From assembly GCA_030770535.1 (NCBI GenBank), contig JASVEC010000021.1, positions 372,001 through 436,000 on the forward strand: a DNA stretch of 64,000 bases. The letters run 5' to 3'. Source of the stretch: Batkoa obscura (Eukaryota). The position numbers and the translations under genes were made by a program. Positions 36,483 to 54,413 of this stretch are shown piece after piece. How positions within the stretch are numbered: the stretch's first letter is position 1; each line of letters opens with the position of its first letter. Under the pieces are notes generated by a model, which ran no database searches, was not told the DNA's origin, and saw only the letters and a program-made list of their open reading frames with translations.

Positions 36483-37560
36483 ATTATTATTGTTGGTTTT
36501 TAAATACTCTAATATGCGACGTTTTAATAGTGACAAATATAAATTCAATTCAGCGATGATATTAAAAACCTTATTATAATTAATATAAATGTAAGAATAT
36601 CATTAAAGGTATTTTATAATTGTTTACAGCTTTTGAAATTTCACCTTTTAATGTTATTAAATAAAAGTAGCTTTTAATTTAATATCAAATTGTTGAAATT
36701 TGTTTACATAATGATTATAAATATTTTTTTTTGACGAGTTTAAAATAAATTTAATATTAATATATGTTTAAATTTAATATATAATTATTTAAACGCTTTT
36801 TTGTATTTAGTTCTATATTGTGATAGAAGAACAAAATAAAATTTAGTCTTAGCAAATAGTTCAATCAATATATAGATATTAATCTAGCTCGTAGTTGGTT
36901 ATAAATGGTTGTAAAAAAATTCTTATGACATGTATTAATCTTTACTTACGTATTATATATACTTTGTGATTACTAAGTTAATTAAATGTTCGGCTGTTTT
37001 AATAGTTGTTAAAATAAAATTGTTAATTTTATAAAAATTTTAAATGTTACTATTGATTTAAATGAAACGTAGTTTGAGCATTTACTCTTTGTGCTTACTT
37101 GACCTGAAATAGTACAAAATATATTTTTATGAACTAAATTAAAAAACTCAATCTACGTTTAATTTGAATTATTAATAAAGTTAAAAATAGTAGGGTTTAC
37201 CCCGCAGTATTATTCATCAAATTTAGACAGGATAAATTTTCATTTGGACCTAAAACCTATCCACCTTTAATTGGTTAAATTAAGTATTGTTTTGATGAGA
37301 TTAGTGAAGATTAAATGAATAACGTAGAATGATTGGAATTATTGACTGTGGCTAAATCTGGTTGGTAGGCTTTAACGAAATGAGCCTTAATTTAAAATGA
37401 GTTAATAAGTAACTTGGATTACCTATTCACTTGTTAAAGGTTTTTAAGTTTAAGTAAGTATATCTCATTCAAAATAATATATTTCACATCCACTATAAAT
37501 ATTCGATCCTTTTTTTTGTTATGTTTCATAAATTAATTTAAATTTAAGACTTAACTCAAA

Positions 37561-38263
37561 ATGTGGTCTTTGGTTGTATTCGTCTTTGTTGGAATTGTTA
37601 TTCCAGGTGCTCTCTATCTCTATCTTTCCCCTGAAAAGAAAAAGTCGGTCAAAAACCTTAAAAATAAGGTAGTTGAAGAGATTGAAGAAGTAGTAGAAAA
37701 GGCAGCACCCAAAGCAAAGTCAAAATCAAAGAAAAATAAAAATGATAATAAAACAAACGCTAAGGTCGAACCCAAATCGAATGCTAAATCAAATCAAGAA
37801 AAACTGGAAAAGGTGACCGAAAAAGCTAGTCCAAAGAAAAATAAGGATAAGAAAAATGGCGTCCCTGTTGATACTCCTGCTAAAAAAGAAATCGAAAAAG
37901 TTCAAGAACCTGAAGTTGTTTCAAAGCAACAAAATGAGAATGAACAAGGTAAATTTTTACAAATCAGTTTATAAGGTAATATGTATTTATCAAAAACCAT
38001 CAGTTAAGGATAAAAAGAAGAAGAGTAAAGCAGCTAAGAAAGAAGAAACTCAAGCTGCCCCTGCTTCCGCTGTTAAATCTGAAACTAAACCTGAACCTGA
38101 AGTTGAGCCTGAAGCTGTTAATGTTGAAGAGGATGACTCTAGTTTTACCATGCCAGCTAACAGCTATAAAGGTGGAGATCGTCGTCCCGTCAATGGAGTA
38201 ACTGAACGTAAACCAGTAGAAAGTGCTAACCCATGGGCTCTTTTAGACGGGTTTAATGAATAA
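37561..38263 (+). CDS. Hypothetical protein with N-terminal signal-anchor and Lys/Glu-rich disordered cytosolic region (2 exons)
   Basis: MWSLVVFVFVGIVIPGALYLYL then a K/E-rich stretch; GT-AG intron ~37950-38003; ends NPWALLDGFNE*. Confidence 0.75.
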
Positions 38264-39116
38264 AATATAAAAGTGTATTTTAGATAAAAAATAAAATGAA
38301 CATCAATTAACTTTGTTTAAATATGAAAATATATTAAACAATAGCTTTTTCAAATGCTGTTATTAATAGAATAAAGTAAAATAAAATTCATTATTTTTTT
38401 ACAATATTTAGTAGATTTTAAAATTGACCCATAATAATCATGGCTCATAATTTTAATACATCGAAAGTCTGCAGTCACCTGAGTAATAATTTGTAATGTA
38501 ATTTTCTAATACTTAGGATATAGGATCTATTTTGTCAAGCATTGATTACAATACTCTTCATAATAGTCTAATGGACTTGATTTTTATTTAATATAATATG
38601 CTAAATTAAAAACTAAACAAAACATTCAAGCTATTTTCACTAGAAACGTAAATTTAGTCTATTTGTATATTTGAATGTTGGTTTCAACTCAATTTAATTT
38701 TTCAGTTTGTTTTTTATAGAAATTATAAATTTAACAAAGTATCAGAGAATTGCTTTTTATTGAATTTCAAAATAATTCCTATATAAACGTTTTTTTAGCC
38801 AATATTTGTTGATTATTTTTTAATATATACTATATAAAAAGTGAACAAAAAAGTAAATTGAAAACATAAATCTTTGTTTGAATTTACATGTATTTAAAGA
38901 TGTGAACCAGTAGGAAGTTACGAACTGTTTGGTCAATTACTACCAGCTATCAAAAAATTATTAGTATTTGAGCAAATGGTTTGTAATCTCATACTGATTC
39001 ATACCTTAATTTACATTAAACTTTTAAACTTATTAAAGTATTAAAAAATTTCAATATTTTCAAAAAATAAATTTCTATTTTTACAATTTTTTCATTTTTA
39101 TTTCATAAAACTTGTT

Positions 39117-42990
<3,874 letters not shown>

Positions 42991-43537
42991 CTTATAATTG
43001 ATATCAGAAAAATTTCAAAATTAATTGAACTATCAAAAGCACTTTAAAAATGAGTTTGAATTTACTTAAATTAGATTATTAATTTAAGCTCCAATTATTT
43101 TCAAGCTTTGAATTTGGATAATAAAATCTTTTTTAAGATTATTAACTTTTAGCTTTGAAATGATTGTTTCTTAAATAGTGTATTATTTTTATTTAAAATG
43201 TGAGTTATTTCTTTTAGATTAATACTCTTAAATAATATTTCTTTGTAATATGTAAAAGAGCTATAAAATACTAATGTTATTAAAAATATATTAGTCAAAA
43301 GATAAAAACCATTTCATTTAATGAAAAAAATCAATTTAGAATTGATTGCATTTAGATGTTACTTATTTCTTTTAATTTGTTGCTAAATTCTTTAATGAGT
43401 CAGAAACTTTGATTTTTTATACAGCTACTGAACCAATATAAAAGTATTACTAACAAATCTAAAAAAATGAAAAACATTTAAATGAAAACTAATTCAAAAA
43501 ATAAAATTATAATGATAAATCAAACAATTATTTGAAT

Positions 43538-45046
43538 TTAATTATAAGAATTATTTAAAGTGGATCTTGTTTTAGAATTAATTAAAGAGGGATTTCCACT
43601 AGATATAAAATGAATATCATCATCAAAATCAGGTAAATGAGTATCTGTTGATAAACTGAATGACGGCTCTTCAATAACGGTTGGCTTATCTACCCATATT
43701 TGAGCTTGTAGTAATTTAGGTGGTTCGTATCCTTTTCCATGGTCTAAATTAATACCAGGTTGCATATCTGATTTATTTTGTTTTTTGCGTAGTAAATACC
43801 ATACTAATATTATAATCAATAATATAAATATTGCCCCACCTATAGAACCACCGATAATAGCAGGTAAATTAAGTGGGCTTTCTTCAGTGTTATTGTTATT
43901 ATCTTCTACCTTGATATCTTTTTTACTTACATCGTTGCCTTTTGATGAATCATTCGGGGGCAATTCCTCCACCAATTTCCAAGTTTTGGTGTTAACGAGT
44001 TGAGTGTTTGCACTAATTGATTCATGGTAACCAAAAGAAAATATTAAATGTTCATTATAATAAGCTAAACAAGGTAAAAAAGCTTGAATAAAGCCGTTAA
44101 TTGTAATTTTTTGCCATTTTAAGTTATTTAAATCATTTAAATTTAATATAAAAATATCGGAATTGGGGAATTGAGTTATGTCCATATTACTAGCTCCACC
44201 AACTATTATTAAATTATCTTCAATTATTTGGGATTTTAAGCCAAGACGCGGGCTGGGTATTTCTCCTTTAATTGTTTTGTTTTCCCATTTTAATGAAGAT
44301 AAATCAAAGACCATTACTATATTTAATGGCATTAAACTGTCATTTTCAAATTGAACCCCACCTAATACAAACAACTTGCTTTTAAAAAATTGAGCTGTAT
44401 GGGATTTGATTTTAGCTAGGTTGTTATTTGGCCATGACCATTGATTAGTTTTAGCATCAAATACAGATAATGCTCCTCTAGCTTCTGCAAATGTTTCGTT
44501 ATTATTTAAAACTACTCCGCCATAATGATAATATTTATTTTCATTTCTATCATCTACAGTAAAGGTAGAAATATAAAACGAGTTTTCCATTTTAGTACCA
44601 TCTGATAATGGATCAATATAAAATTTATTAACTGCCTCTTGATTATTATGCCATTTTTTATTTTTAATATCGAATATTTGAAATGAATCTTTACTTTTAG
44701 TATACATACCGCCAAACATAAATATTGATTTACTAGCTTGATGAACCGCGACACCTGGCGCATGAGCTATCGGTGAGTTATTCTCAGTTAATGGTTTCCA
44801 TGGTGCATACATAGAATCTTTTAATTTAAATCCCTCTTTTAGATTTAAGGAATATGCTTCTTTTATTGGTATACCTTCGACTTTATTTTTTTTTGTATCA
44901 ATGGTGCTACCCCCTACATGATATAATACATCATCAATAATACCACAACCTCCTCCATACACTGCTGGTTGTTGTGCAACTAGTGAAGTTAGATAGAAGG
45001 TGAATAAGAGTAAAATATTAAACATTGAAGTTAGTAAAGAGATCAT
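43538..45046 (-). CDS. Kelch-repeat (beta-propeller) type I membrane protein, intronless
   Basis: Signal peptide; VYGGGCGIIDDVLYHVGG, SHTAQFFKSKLFVLGG, KGEIPSPRLG; TM IIGGSIGGAIFILLIIILVWYLL; tail PPKLLQAQIW...TDTHLPDFDDDI. Confidence 0.88.
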   Translation of the reverse strand: MISLLTSMFNILLLFTFYLTSLVAQQPAVYGGGCGIIDDVLYHVGGSTIDTKKNKVEGIPIKEAYSLNLKEGFKLKDSMYAPWKPLTENNSPIAHAPGVAVHQASKSIFMFGGMYTKSKDSFQIFDIKNKKWHNNQEAVNKFYIDPLSDGTKMENSFYISTFTVDDRNENKYYHYGGVVLNNNETFAEARGALSVFDAKTNQWSWPNNNLAKIKSHTAQFFKSKLFVLGGVQFENDSLMPLNIVMVFDLSSLKWENKTIKGEIPSPRLGLKSQIIEDNLIIVGGASNMDITQFPNSDIFILNLNDLNNLKWQKITINGFIQAFLPCLAYYNEHLIFSFGYHESISANTQLVNTKTWKLVEELPPNDSSKGNDVSKKDIKVEDNNNNTEESPLNLPAIIGGSIGGAIFILLIIILVWYLLRKKQNKSDMQPGINLDHGKGYEPPKLLQAQIWVDKPTVIEEPSFSLSTDTHLPDFDDDIHFISSGNPSLINSKTRSTLNNSYN

Positions 45047-46385
45047 AAATGATCTATGATGATTATAATATAAAAGTAATTAAGAATCAAAAAGAATAGA
45101 GTTGTAAATTATAAACCTTAAATTTATTTCTATACTTTCAATTTATAAATGCTCCTTATTTTGATTAACTTAATCATAAATAGATTCGATCAAAAATAGA
45201 ATCTTGGAGCTTTTAGACATTTATAGACAATTCTAATTCGCGTTTTTAACTTTCTTTTGAAATTCCTATATTAAATCTGTTTAATTAATTTACTTCGCTT
45301 TTTTTCTAGCTTTTTATTTTATATATTTTTTTATATCAAAAAGTTAATTAAAAATATATATAAAAAATTAAAAAAATAAAAGGATTGTATACTATGATGA
45401 GCTTATTGCATATTATAATATTGCATTGCTGAGTGTTTAAATAGTATATATACAAAACTTTATATAAGATTTAAAATATTTAATCAAAAGACAAAAAAAC
45501 AAGAACAATTTGAAATAACAGTATGATGATCTGAAATAAATAAGCATATTTTAACTACCTCCTAAAATAAAAAACAAGTGAGCTATTTAAAAAGTGATAC
45601 AATTCAATATTAATGAATAAAAATATTCTATATCTTATTAATGTAAAAAATTATACAAATGTTCATTTATTTTTGATTTTATAAGTTTTCAATATGTCGA
45701 AATCATAAAATTGTAATTTAATTGATTTTTTAGTAAAAAAATAATTACAACCAAATTATGCAGAATAAAAACTTTATTTAATGGCTTCAAATCCAACATA
45801 AAAATGTAATATTTGTATCATCAATAAGAATTACTCAAAATACCAATCAAGATTAACATTTTAAAATTTTATTAATTGGCAACCTTGTTTTGTTTGTCCC
45901 AAAATCTTGATATAAGTTCAACTGTTAACATAAACTGGGGTAATACTTTTGACTTTAAAATATCAAAAATTAATTAAAGGGGTAAAAATTTATTAAAAAT
46001 TTCACCTTGAAATGTCTTACTTTTGACACTTTTTATAAGCCTTACAAAGCAGCTAGAAAACTATATAAATTAAGTTCTATTTCAGTTTCAATAAAAATAC
46101 TTGAGCCATATAAAAGTGATCTCATAATAACAGTTATTTAATCTTAAGGCTACAACCTAAACCTATTTGAGTAGAATAAAGTTAATTAAAACCTTAATGT
46201 TAAAAAATGACTATGAGAATTTTACTTCCAACCAATGAAGTTTCAGTTAAAACCTAAGATTTCAAAATGTTTTTTAAGAAGTATCTTAAAATAAAAAACA
46301 GTCACTGTATTTTCATTTTCTTGTTTTAATTTTTAAAATATGTTTGATCAAGAAAGAAATCATTTATTTATTAAAACGAATAATT

Positions 46386-48465
46386 ATGGATCTTTAGAAG
46401 GTAGAAAAAGCAACAAGGGAGATGGCGAAAACGAACTTTCATTTTTAAAGTTGATCACTTTAACCATTGCTTTAGCTGGAATGCAATTTACTTGTAATTT
46501 AAATTCATTCAATTGATAAATTACTAATCTAATTTCTTTTAGGGACCATTGAGTTGGCGTATGTTTTGTATTAAATTTATTACTTATAATAACTAAGCTT
46601 TGTTTTAGTTATGGAACATTATATTTAGTTTCTTTAGGTATGCCAAAACCAATATTGTCTATTGTTTGGCTAGCTGGGCCATTATCTGGTAATTTGACTA
46701 AACAAAAGAAAAAAGATTTAACTAATTAATAAAAGGTTTGTTGGTACAACCAGTTATCGGATGTATAAGTGATAAAAGTACGAGTAAATTTGGAAGAAGG
46801 CGACCATTTATTATCACTGGTTATTTAATTGTAGTAGTATCTATGGTATTGATTGCTTATACGGAAGATATCGTCAGTTTTTTTTATAAATCAAAGTCAG
46901 ATGTAAATTTATTTTATAATTTAAAAATAGTTAAAATAATCATTCTATTAGAATTATAATACAAATGTGTTACTAGTGGCTTCATTAGGTTTCTATTTAT
47001 TGGATTTTTCAATCAACGCTGTACAGGCATGTCTAAGAGCTTTGATCGTAGATGTCTCCCCATTGGAACAACAAGAGATAGCCAATGCTTATGCAAGCCG
47101 AATGATTGGCATTGGAAATATCATTGGTTATTTTGTTGGCTTTGTCGACTTACCTAAAGTATTTCCTTACTTAGGGTCTAGTCAAATGAAAGTACTTTGT
47201 ATCTTAGCGTCCACTTTTTTTGCGATAACATTGGCTATTACTTGTTTTTATACAATTGAAAAACAATATGAAAGCGACTGTGATAGTTTAGAGAATTTGA
47301 GGTATATCTCTAGCTGAAGTATTAGTTAATTATTTATTAACATTATTTAGTGTATTAAAATTTTCTTTATACGTGTTTAAGAGAATTATTAAATCGTTGA
47401 GGAATCTACCCGATTGTATTCAGAAAGTATGTAATGTCCAATTTTTTGCATGGATAGGCTGGTTTCCGTTTTTATTCTATAGGTAATTTATAATTTTAGT
47501 GAGTTAAGAATCAAATTAACAAAAATAGTACAACTTGGGTAGCAGAGATATTAAGTAGAACCGAAAATCCTAACAGACCTGCTTTTTTGATTGAAGCAGC
47601 TAAAGTTGGATCCTTTGCTTTGTTCTTATATTCGATTGTATCTTTATTTGCTTCCTTTATATTACCAGCAATTACATTTAATGAAGTAGCCCATCATCGT
47701 AATCAAACTCTTAATGGAGTGGTTATAAATGATGCTTTAGAGTCACCACCTATTGCCAATGAAAGTAATATAATTTCAAAATTATTCTCCTTTTTAAACA
47801 TAAGAGTCTTGTTTGCCTTATCTCATTTTCTGTTTGGTATTTTAATGCTCTCTGGTTATTTTGTAAATTCTATATTTTCAGTTACATTTATTATAGCCAC
47901 TTGTGGAGTCTCTTGGGCAATTATGATGTGGGCTCCATTTTCAATAATTGGCGAATTTACGCGCATTTTGGTTTCTAAAGCTAACCATCATAATCATCAA
48001 ATTCAACCCGATGGCTTAGCAAATACATCCAATAGTATTAGGGTTAATGGTAGTGAGGAGGAACTGGAACTTGATGCGGGATTGATTTTAGGTGTTCATA
48101 ATATTTATATTGTATTACCTCAATTTATTGTCAATTTTTTTTCCACATTTGTGTTCTATTTTTATGGTGCTTCTGAAGACGATGTTTCCCATGAAAAAGC
48201 ACAAGTTACTGCTAAGGCTTACAAGCGATTACTTCCTTCAAGTATTTATGTTCCGTATACTAATTATGAGTTGGAAAAGGATTCAAAGTATAAAAATGGT
48301 CTATTTAAGAGCAATTCAGTTGATTCAAAATACAACAACAGCGCTGATTTAAACGTAAATAAATACCCAGAACCAGTTGGATTTTTACTCCGTATTGGTG
48401 GTGTATCTTCGATCATTGCAGGTTTACTTACCTTATATATTCCTTCACCAAATCTTATCGAGTAA
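46386..48465 (+). CDS. Sucrose/alpha-glucoside:H+ symporter-like MFS transporter (Sut1/SUC/SLC45 family), multi-exon
   Basis: [95 protein letters not shown]; 16-nt micro-exon at 46543-46558. Confidence 0.9.
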
Positions 48466-48632
48466 GCTAGTAACGTATTAATTATAATTAAATCTTGTAG
48501 TATCATTCGTCATTTGTTTTTAATACTTTGCACAAAGGAGAAAACGAATATTTATTATTTTGAACATTGAATTTAAATTTGTTCTTTAAGTTTTATATTT
48601 TTTAGTTAGCTGTATTTGATAGGATTTTAAAT

Positions 48633-48736
48633 CGTGTGAATGTGTTTTTTTGTTAAGAACTTTACTAACAATGTTTCCATTCAAACAGTGCTCAAAAATG
48701 AAAAAAGTGATGAAACCAAAAAAACACTACCACGTA
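48633..48736 (+). mobile_element. MITE family A copy (degenerate)
   Basis: GTTAAGAACTTTACTAACAATGTTTCCATTCAAACAGTGCTCAAAAATGAAAAAAGTGATGAAACC. Confidence 0.8.
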
Positions 48737-48902
48737 CTAATCTCTAGAATTTATCAAGTCAACAGTTTCATCTTTTAAAAATGACAGTTGTCATATCAGA
48801 GTAAAATTTATCTACTAATTTAATAAAAGAAACATAACATTTTATACCAGAACATAAACTTGTGCGACTTTTTATTTCTAAATATAAGATTCAAGATTCA
48901 CT

Positions 48903-51900
48903 TTAAAGCTCATCCTTTTCATCTTTAGCACTTTCTTTTTTGTCTGATTCAACAGGTTTTGATTCAGCATCCTCCTTATTGGATTTAGTACTGGGTTCAT
49001 GCTCATTTTCACTTTCAGTTTTTTCAGTATTAGATGTGTGTACAGTGGAATCATCTTTATCTTTCGAAGCATTTGAACTTTCTTGAGGTTTAGGAAGGGA
49101 AACAATTTTAGCAACTAATTTAAATTTAAGATCATCTAATTTTTTATGTCTACTTTCAATATCTTTAGATAATAAAATGGGTTCTTGATAACTTGCAAGT
49201 TTAGCTTGCTGTTCTACTTTTTCTTTTAACCATAATTTAGCTGCTGAAGCTTCATCTTGAATTTCTTTATAGACCGGAGCTAAAATTTCTTTATGTTCCA
49301 CGGTAAGATTTTGAACTAATTTATCTACATAAACTTCAACACTATTTAACGTCTCTTCAAGGCTTTCAATTGCTTTTGGTCGATTATCAATTTCTTTACG
49401 ACGTAATTCAATTGGAATTTTAATAGTCCTGTAATAAAAATTAGATATTTTAACCTATTATGATCCTATAAATAATTACTGTAATTCTTTAAGTTTTTTA
49501 GCAAACTCATTTTTAGTAGCATCTGAGTTCTCCAATAACCATTCAGAAGCTGAAATAACCGCTTTTTCTAATTTTTCACGTTCTTCTGATGTAGTAATTT
49601 CAACGATTTCTTCGCTTTCAATAAAATAATCATTCGAATAGATAAAGGACTCAAGGCTATTTAAAGCTTCATCGCGTGCATATCTTTCTTTATCGATCCT
49701 ATTGAGCTCAGCTAATCTATAAAAGTTGTTAGAAAATCATGATAAATAAACTATAAGGCTTACTTATTAGAAGCTTCTTTGATCTCTTGTTTATTCATTG
49801 GAAGGAAACAAGTTGGAGTATATTTTAGTTCTAATTGAATCTTTTCAATTACTGTCTTTTTAGAATCTTCTTTATTTGTTTCAGTAGCCTAAAATAATCA
49901 TATTAAAATACATCTAGACTAACTAAAAATCAATTACGTTTGCTGATTCTTTAGCATCTTCGGTGTTAGTTACAGATTCAGGGGCTAAAAATAGCTTAGT
50001 CTAAACTAACTAAATAAAATAAAATTATTTTACTTTCAGATGGTTTTTCCAAAGGTGTGAGTTGGAGTACTAATTGTGCTTTTGGTGTGGAAATAATACC
50101 AGCAGTAGAAATAGATACCAAAACACGTACTTTAGGTTCTCCAACAATCCTATCTTTTAATTTCTTTAAATTTTCATCAATTCCACGAACAGTAGCTTCA
50201 CCAAGCTGATGGCAGCCATATTCTCTAAAATAGGAATCAATAAATATAATTTTTTATAATAAAATACAACTTACTCTTTAATTGAAGTAAGGTTTTCAGG
50301 GTATTGGAGTGTGAAATCAAAATCAGAATTGAATTTAATAGGCATAAATTTATGCTCAAAAGCAGCTTGGTTTGAATTGATAATAGATACAGTTGTTTTC
50401 TCTCCAACATCTATTTATCTTTTAGAATAAAATTTAAAATATAAAGTTTATTACCTTTGTTAACTGGGATTATAACGGCTTCAATTGGGTAAGTGTTTGC
50501 TTCTTTAAGTCTGATATCTTTAACTTTAAATTGACTAGATAATGATGCTCCACGGAAAGTTGCGCCTGGTTAAATAGTATAAAAAACATTTTAGTACGAT
50601 AGTAAAATTAACTTACCAATAGCAGCAGACTCATCCCCATTAACACTTTGAGAAATTTTCTTTTCACCTGCAAATTTAACAAGAGCAGCTTGAATTTTTG
50701 GTATTCTAACACCCCCACCAACAAGGATAATGGAATCGATTTGGTCCTATAACTCATGTTAAAAAACATTAACTATACCGTCTATATTAGCTTACAATAG
50801 TCAACTTAGATGAATCGAGAATGTCTTTGATGGGGTTAAGTACTCTTTCAAATAAATCTTCGGAAGCTTTTTCGAATTCTTCTCTAGTAATCTTTGATTT
50901 GAAATCTACATCTTCATAGAGGGACTCGATCTATAGTAAAGTAGATATAAATATAAGTTGGAATTGCTGTAACTATAATAATACCGATAATGAAGCATCA
51001 TTATTAGCACTCAATATTTGCTTCATTTTGGTTGAATCTTTAAGAAGCTTAGCAAGTGCACGAGGGGATTCAGTAATTGGAGTAGATAAAGATGGATTGT
51101 TTGAAGTAAATCTCTCAATGAGTAATTTTTGGATTTTAGAATCAAAATATTTACCACCAAGTTCTTTATCGTATCCTACACCTAACACATCTATTGAAGT
51201 GTAAGTAACGTTTCTTTTATACTTTCCTTCCTTTGCTGTAGTTTCTTTAATATTGACCAAAGTAGCCACTGAGTTTCCAGATCCAATATCATAAATAATA
51301 TGCTTTTGTGGACCTGAAGCAAACTTTCTAGTCATAGCATAATTTAATGCAACTGCACTTCCATCACTAACTAAGCTAAGAACTTTTAATTCAGCTATCT
51401 CTGCTGCATCTAAAATCGCTTGTCTTTCATATTGGTTGAAATATGGTGGGATCTAATACGTATATTAATACTCTTCTTAAAAACAAAATATTGTTTGATA
51501 CTTACTGTAATCACAACATCTTTAATCTTTTCTCCAGCAGTTATCTCAGCCTCTTCTCTGGCATATTGGAAAAGCATAGCAGTAAGTTCTTCAGCTAAAT
51601 ATTTTGAGCCATTATCCGAGGTAAATAAGGTCACGTTTTTGTTATCAGCTTTTGAAATCCGATTCCAGTGAGTGCTACGATACTGGTTACTCTGCTTTGA
51701 GTCAAAATGTTGACCCAAAATTAACTTAAGGTCATAAAATGAGTCTTTAGGAAACCTTATTCCCTTTAAAAGTATTAGATTTACATTGCTGAGCTTAATA
51801 TCATGCTTACCAATGCTTGTCCATTGACACTAAAAGTCCTTTCAGTTCCACGGATGGTAAGTACCGCTTGGGTTTTACGTTTAGAATCTCTATTGAGTAC

Positions 51901-52044
51901 AATATCAAATGGAACGGATGGTTTAACTAATCCTATCTTTATCCATTCAGTACCAAAATCAATTGACATTACCGCGGATTGGACCACTGATAAGCCACTG
52001 AGCATTAAAAGCCCGTATAAAGTTGTATTGAGTGTTATTTTCAT
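48903..52044 (-). CDS. LHS1: ER Hsp70-family nucleotide exchange factor GRP170/HYOU1/Lhs1, multi-exon
   Basis: Signal peptide; AVMSIDFGTEWIKIGLVKP..FDIVLNRDSKRKT, ILVGGGVRIPKIQ, NGDESAAIGA; C-terminal KDEL. Confidence 0.92.
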
Positions 52045-52214
52045 AATGTTAAATAAAGTATCTCGAACATAATTTTTTTGTTTATAAATTTTAGTAAATC
52101 TACGAGTTAAAATTTGATTGGCTTTTCTTAGTTTATCCCATAACTTAAGAAATTGCTGCCATATTAATCCATAAGGAATAAAAATTTTTAGGCAAATTTT
52201 TCATCTCTAGCATT

Positions 52215-53618
52215 ATGATTGAGAGTGTAGCTCGTGAGTATACGGATGTACTATCCAAACTTCCAAACGAGTATTGGGATTATGAAAATTTAGCTATCAG
52301 TTGGGGGTAAGTTACCACCAATTATACATGTGACTTTATTTATAAAATCTATTCAGAGAACAAGACAACTACGAGATCTGCAAAAAAGTAGGCCGTGGTA
52401 AATATTCGGAAGTATTTGAAGGAGTGAATCCCAATACAAGAGAAAAATGTATTATCAAAGTTTTGAAACCAGTAAAAAAGAAGAAAATTAAGAGGGAGAT
52501 CAAGATCTTACAAAACTTAGCTGGTGGAGTCAACATCATTGGGCTTTTGGATATTGTTAGGGACCCAGCGGTAATTTTTGGTTCAAAAAATTTATGCTAA
52601 ATGCTAATTTTTAAAGGCCAAAACCCCAGCTTTAATTTTTGAACATGTAGCAAATACTGATTTTAAAGTGCTTTATGGTACTTTCACCGATTATGATATT
52701 CGTTATTATATGTATGAGTTGCTTAAGGTGAGTCAATTTATTTTTTCTGTATAAATACTGAATTTCAAAGGCCCTTGATTTCTGTCACTCTCGTGGTATT
52801 ATGCATAGAGATGTAAAGCCACATAACGTAATGATTGACCATTCCAAAAGAAAGGTAAAGAATAACATATTTTAATGGCATAATTAATATTAGATATAGC
52901 TTCGTCTTATTGATTGGGGTCTTGCTGAATTTTATCACCCTAAAATGGAATATAATGTAAGAGTTGCTTCACGTTATTTTAAAGGTCCAGAACTTTTAGT
53001 TGATTTCCAAATGTATGATTATTCCCTAGATATGTGGAGTGTTGGGTGTATGCTTGCCAGCATGGTAATTAAGTTTTTTCTTTTTAAAACTAAATACTAA
53101 AAAAATTGTAGATCTTCCGTAAAGAGCCTTTCTTTCATGGTATGAAATTTATAGAAATAAGTTGAAAATAATGTTAAATAATTGATGTAATAGGCTCGGA
53201 TAATTATGACCAACTTGTCAAAATCGCTAAAGTATTAGGAACTGAAAAATTATTTGATTACATAGATAAATATAAGATTAAGCTTGATCGCAGATACGAT
53301 GAAATTCTTGGAAGGTAAGTTTGTCATAAACATCATTTAAAAGATAACTTAATTCAAATTAGATATCCACTTAAACCATGGAGCAAGTTCATAACCCCGG
53401 AAAACCAAAAGTTAGTGTCTAATGCAGCGATAGATTATTTAGACAAGCTACTCCGTTATGACCATCAAGTAAAAACGCTTAAAATTTTAAAAAGCATCAA
53501 TTGACAAATTAAATAGGAAAGATTGACCCCTACTGAGGCTATGGCACACCCTTACTTTGAACCAATTAGGAACCCAGGATCGAACATTACAAGTGATATG
53601 GCAGATATTGATAATTAA
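52215..53618 (+). CDS. CKA1: Casein kinase II catalytic (alpha) subunit, multi-exon
   Basis: [77 protein letters not shown]; entirely missed by the ORF track. Confidence 0.95.
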
Positions 53619-54413
53619 AGTTGTGCTAAGCTTTTAGTTTTAGGTTTGCTGCACTAAACTCAAAGTTGTGTTTTGTTACTTAAATAGGCTTGTTTTCTAT
53701 AAAATTAATAATTTTTTATCTTAAGCAAAATAAATTGTTTGTAGAATTCTAAGTTTGTTATTCTATACAATTTTATTGAGGTTGGAACTATAATACAGGC
53801 TATGTTCTAGTGAAAAAGTTGATTGAACTTAGTCATGTTGCACTTATATATTGACGTTGTATTAAAAATAATAGTTTCGATCAAATATCAAAACAATAGT
53901 AAGGTAGTTGTCACCTTAAGTTATCAATAAACCATTAAAAGTAAATATTCAACCCAGATTTTTTACAAATTATCCCTTTTATTATAGGTAACGTTTACAT
54001 TCTAAAATGTTTCAAATTCGCTAAATTATAAAAAAGTATAACTGTTTTTACGCTAAGTATATATGTTATATTAACAACAAAATCGCTATACTATCCTTAC
54101 TAATGGCATTCTCTAAATTTTACTTGAAGAATGCTCTCTTACTTTCTAAAGATAAAATATCATTTGCATTTCATTATTTATGGTTATATGTTAAATAACT
54201 AAAAATTATTTGATAAAATACAAATTTTCAACTATGTAGCATTAACCGACATTCAATTAAATAATCTCAAACTATTCATATGGTATAAATTTAAAATCTA
54301 GAAGTTACATTCTGAAACAGGAAGGCATAGCTTCCCCACAAAGCTTGGTGAAAGCAATTTTTTAAAATTTTATTTACTTTAAAACTTCACTATAGCTAAT
54401 TAACTTCAATTCT

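Noticed and set aside
45394..45534. ATGATGA...CTGA...ATGATGATCTGA arrangement resembling a C/D-box snoRNA
   Set aside because: Box spacing is atypical, there is no convincing terminal stem, and I could not identify an rRNA-complementary guide; such motifs arise by chance in AT-rich DNA. An Infernal/snoscan hit would reopen it.
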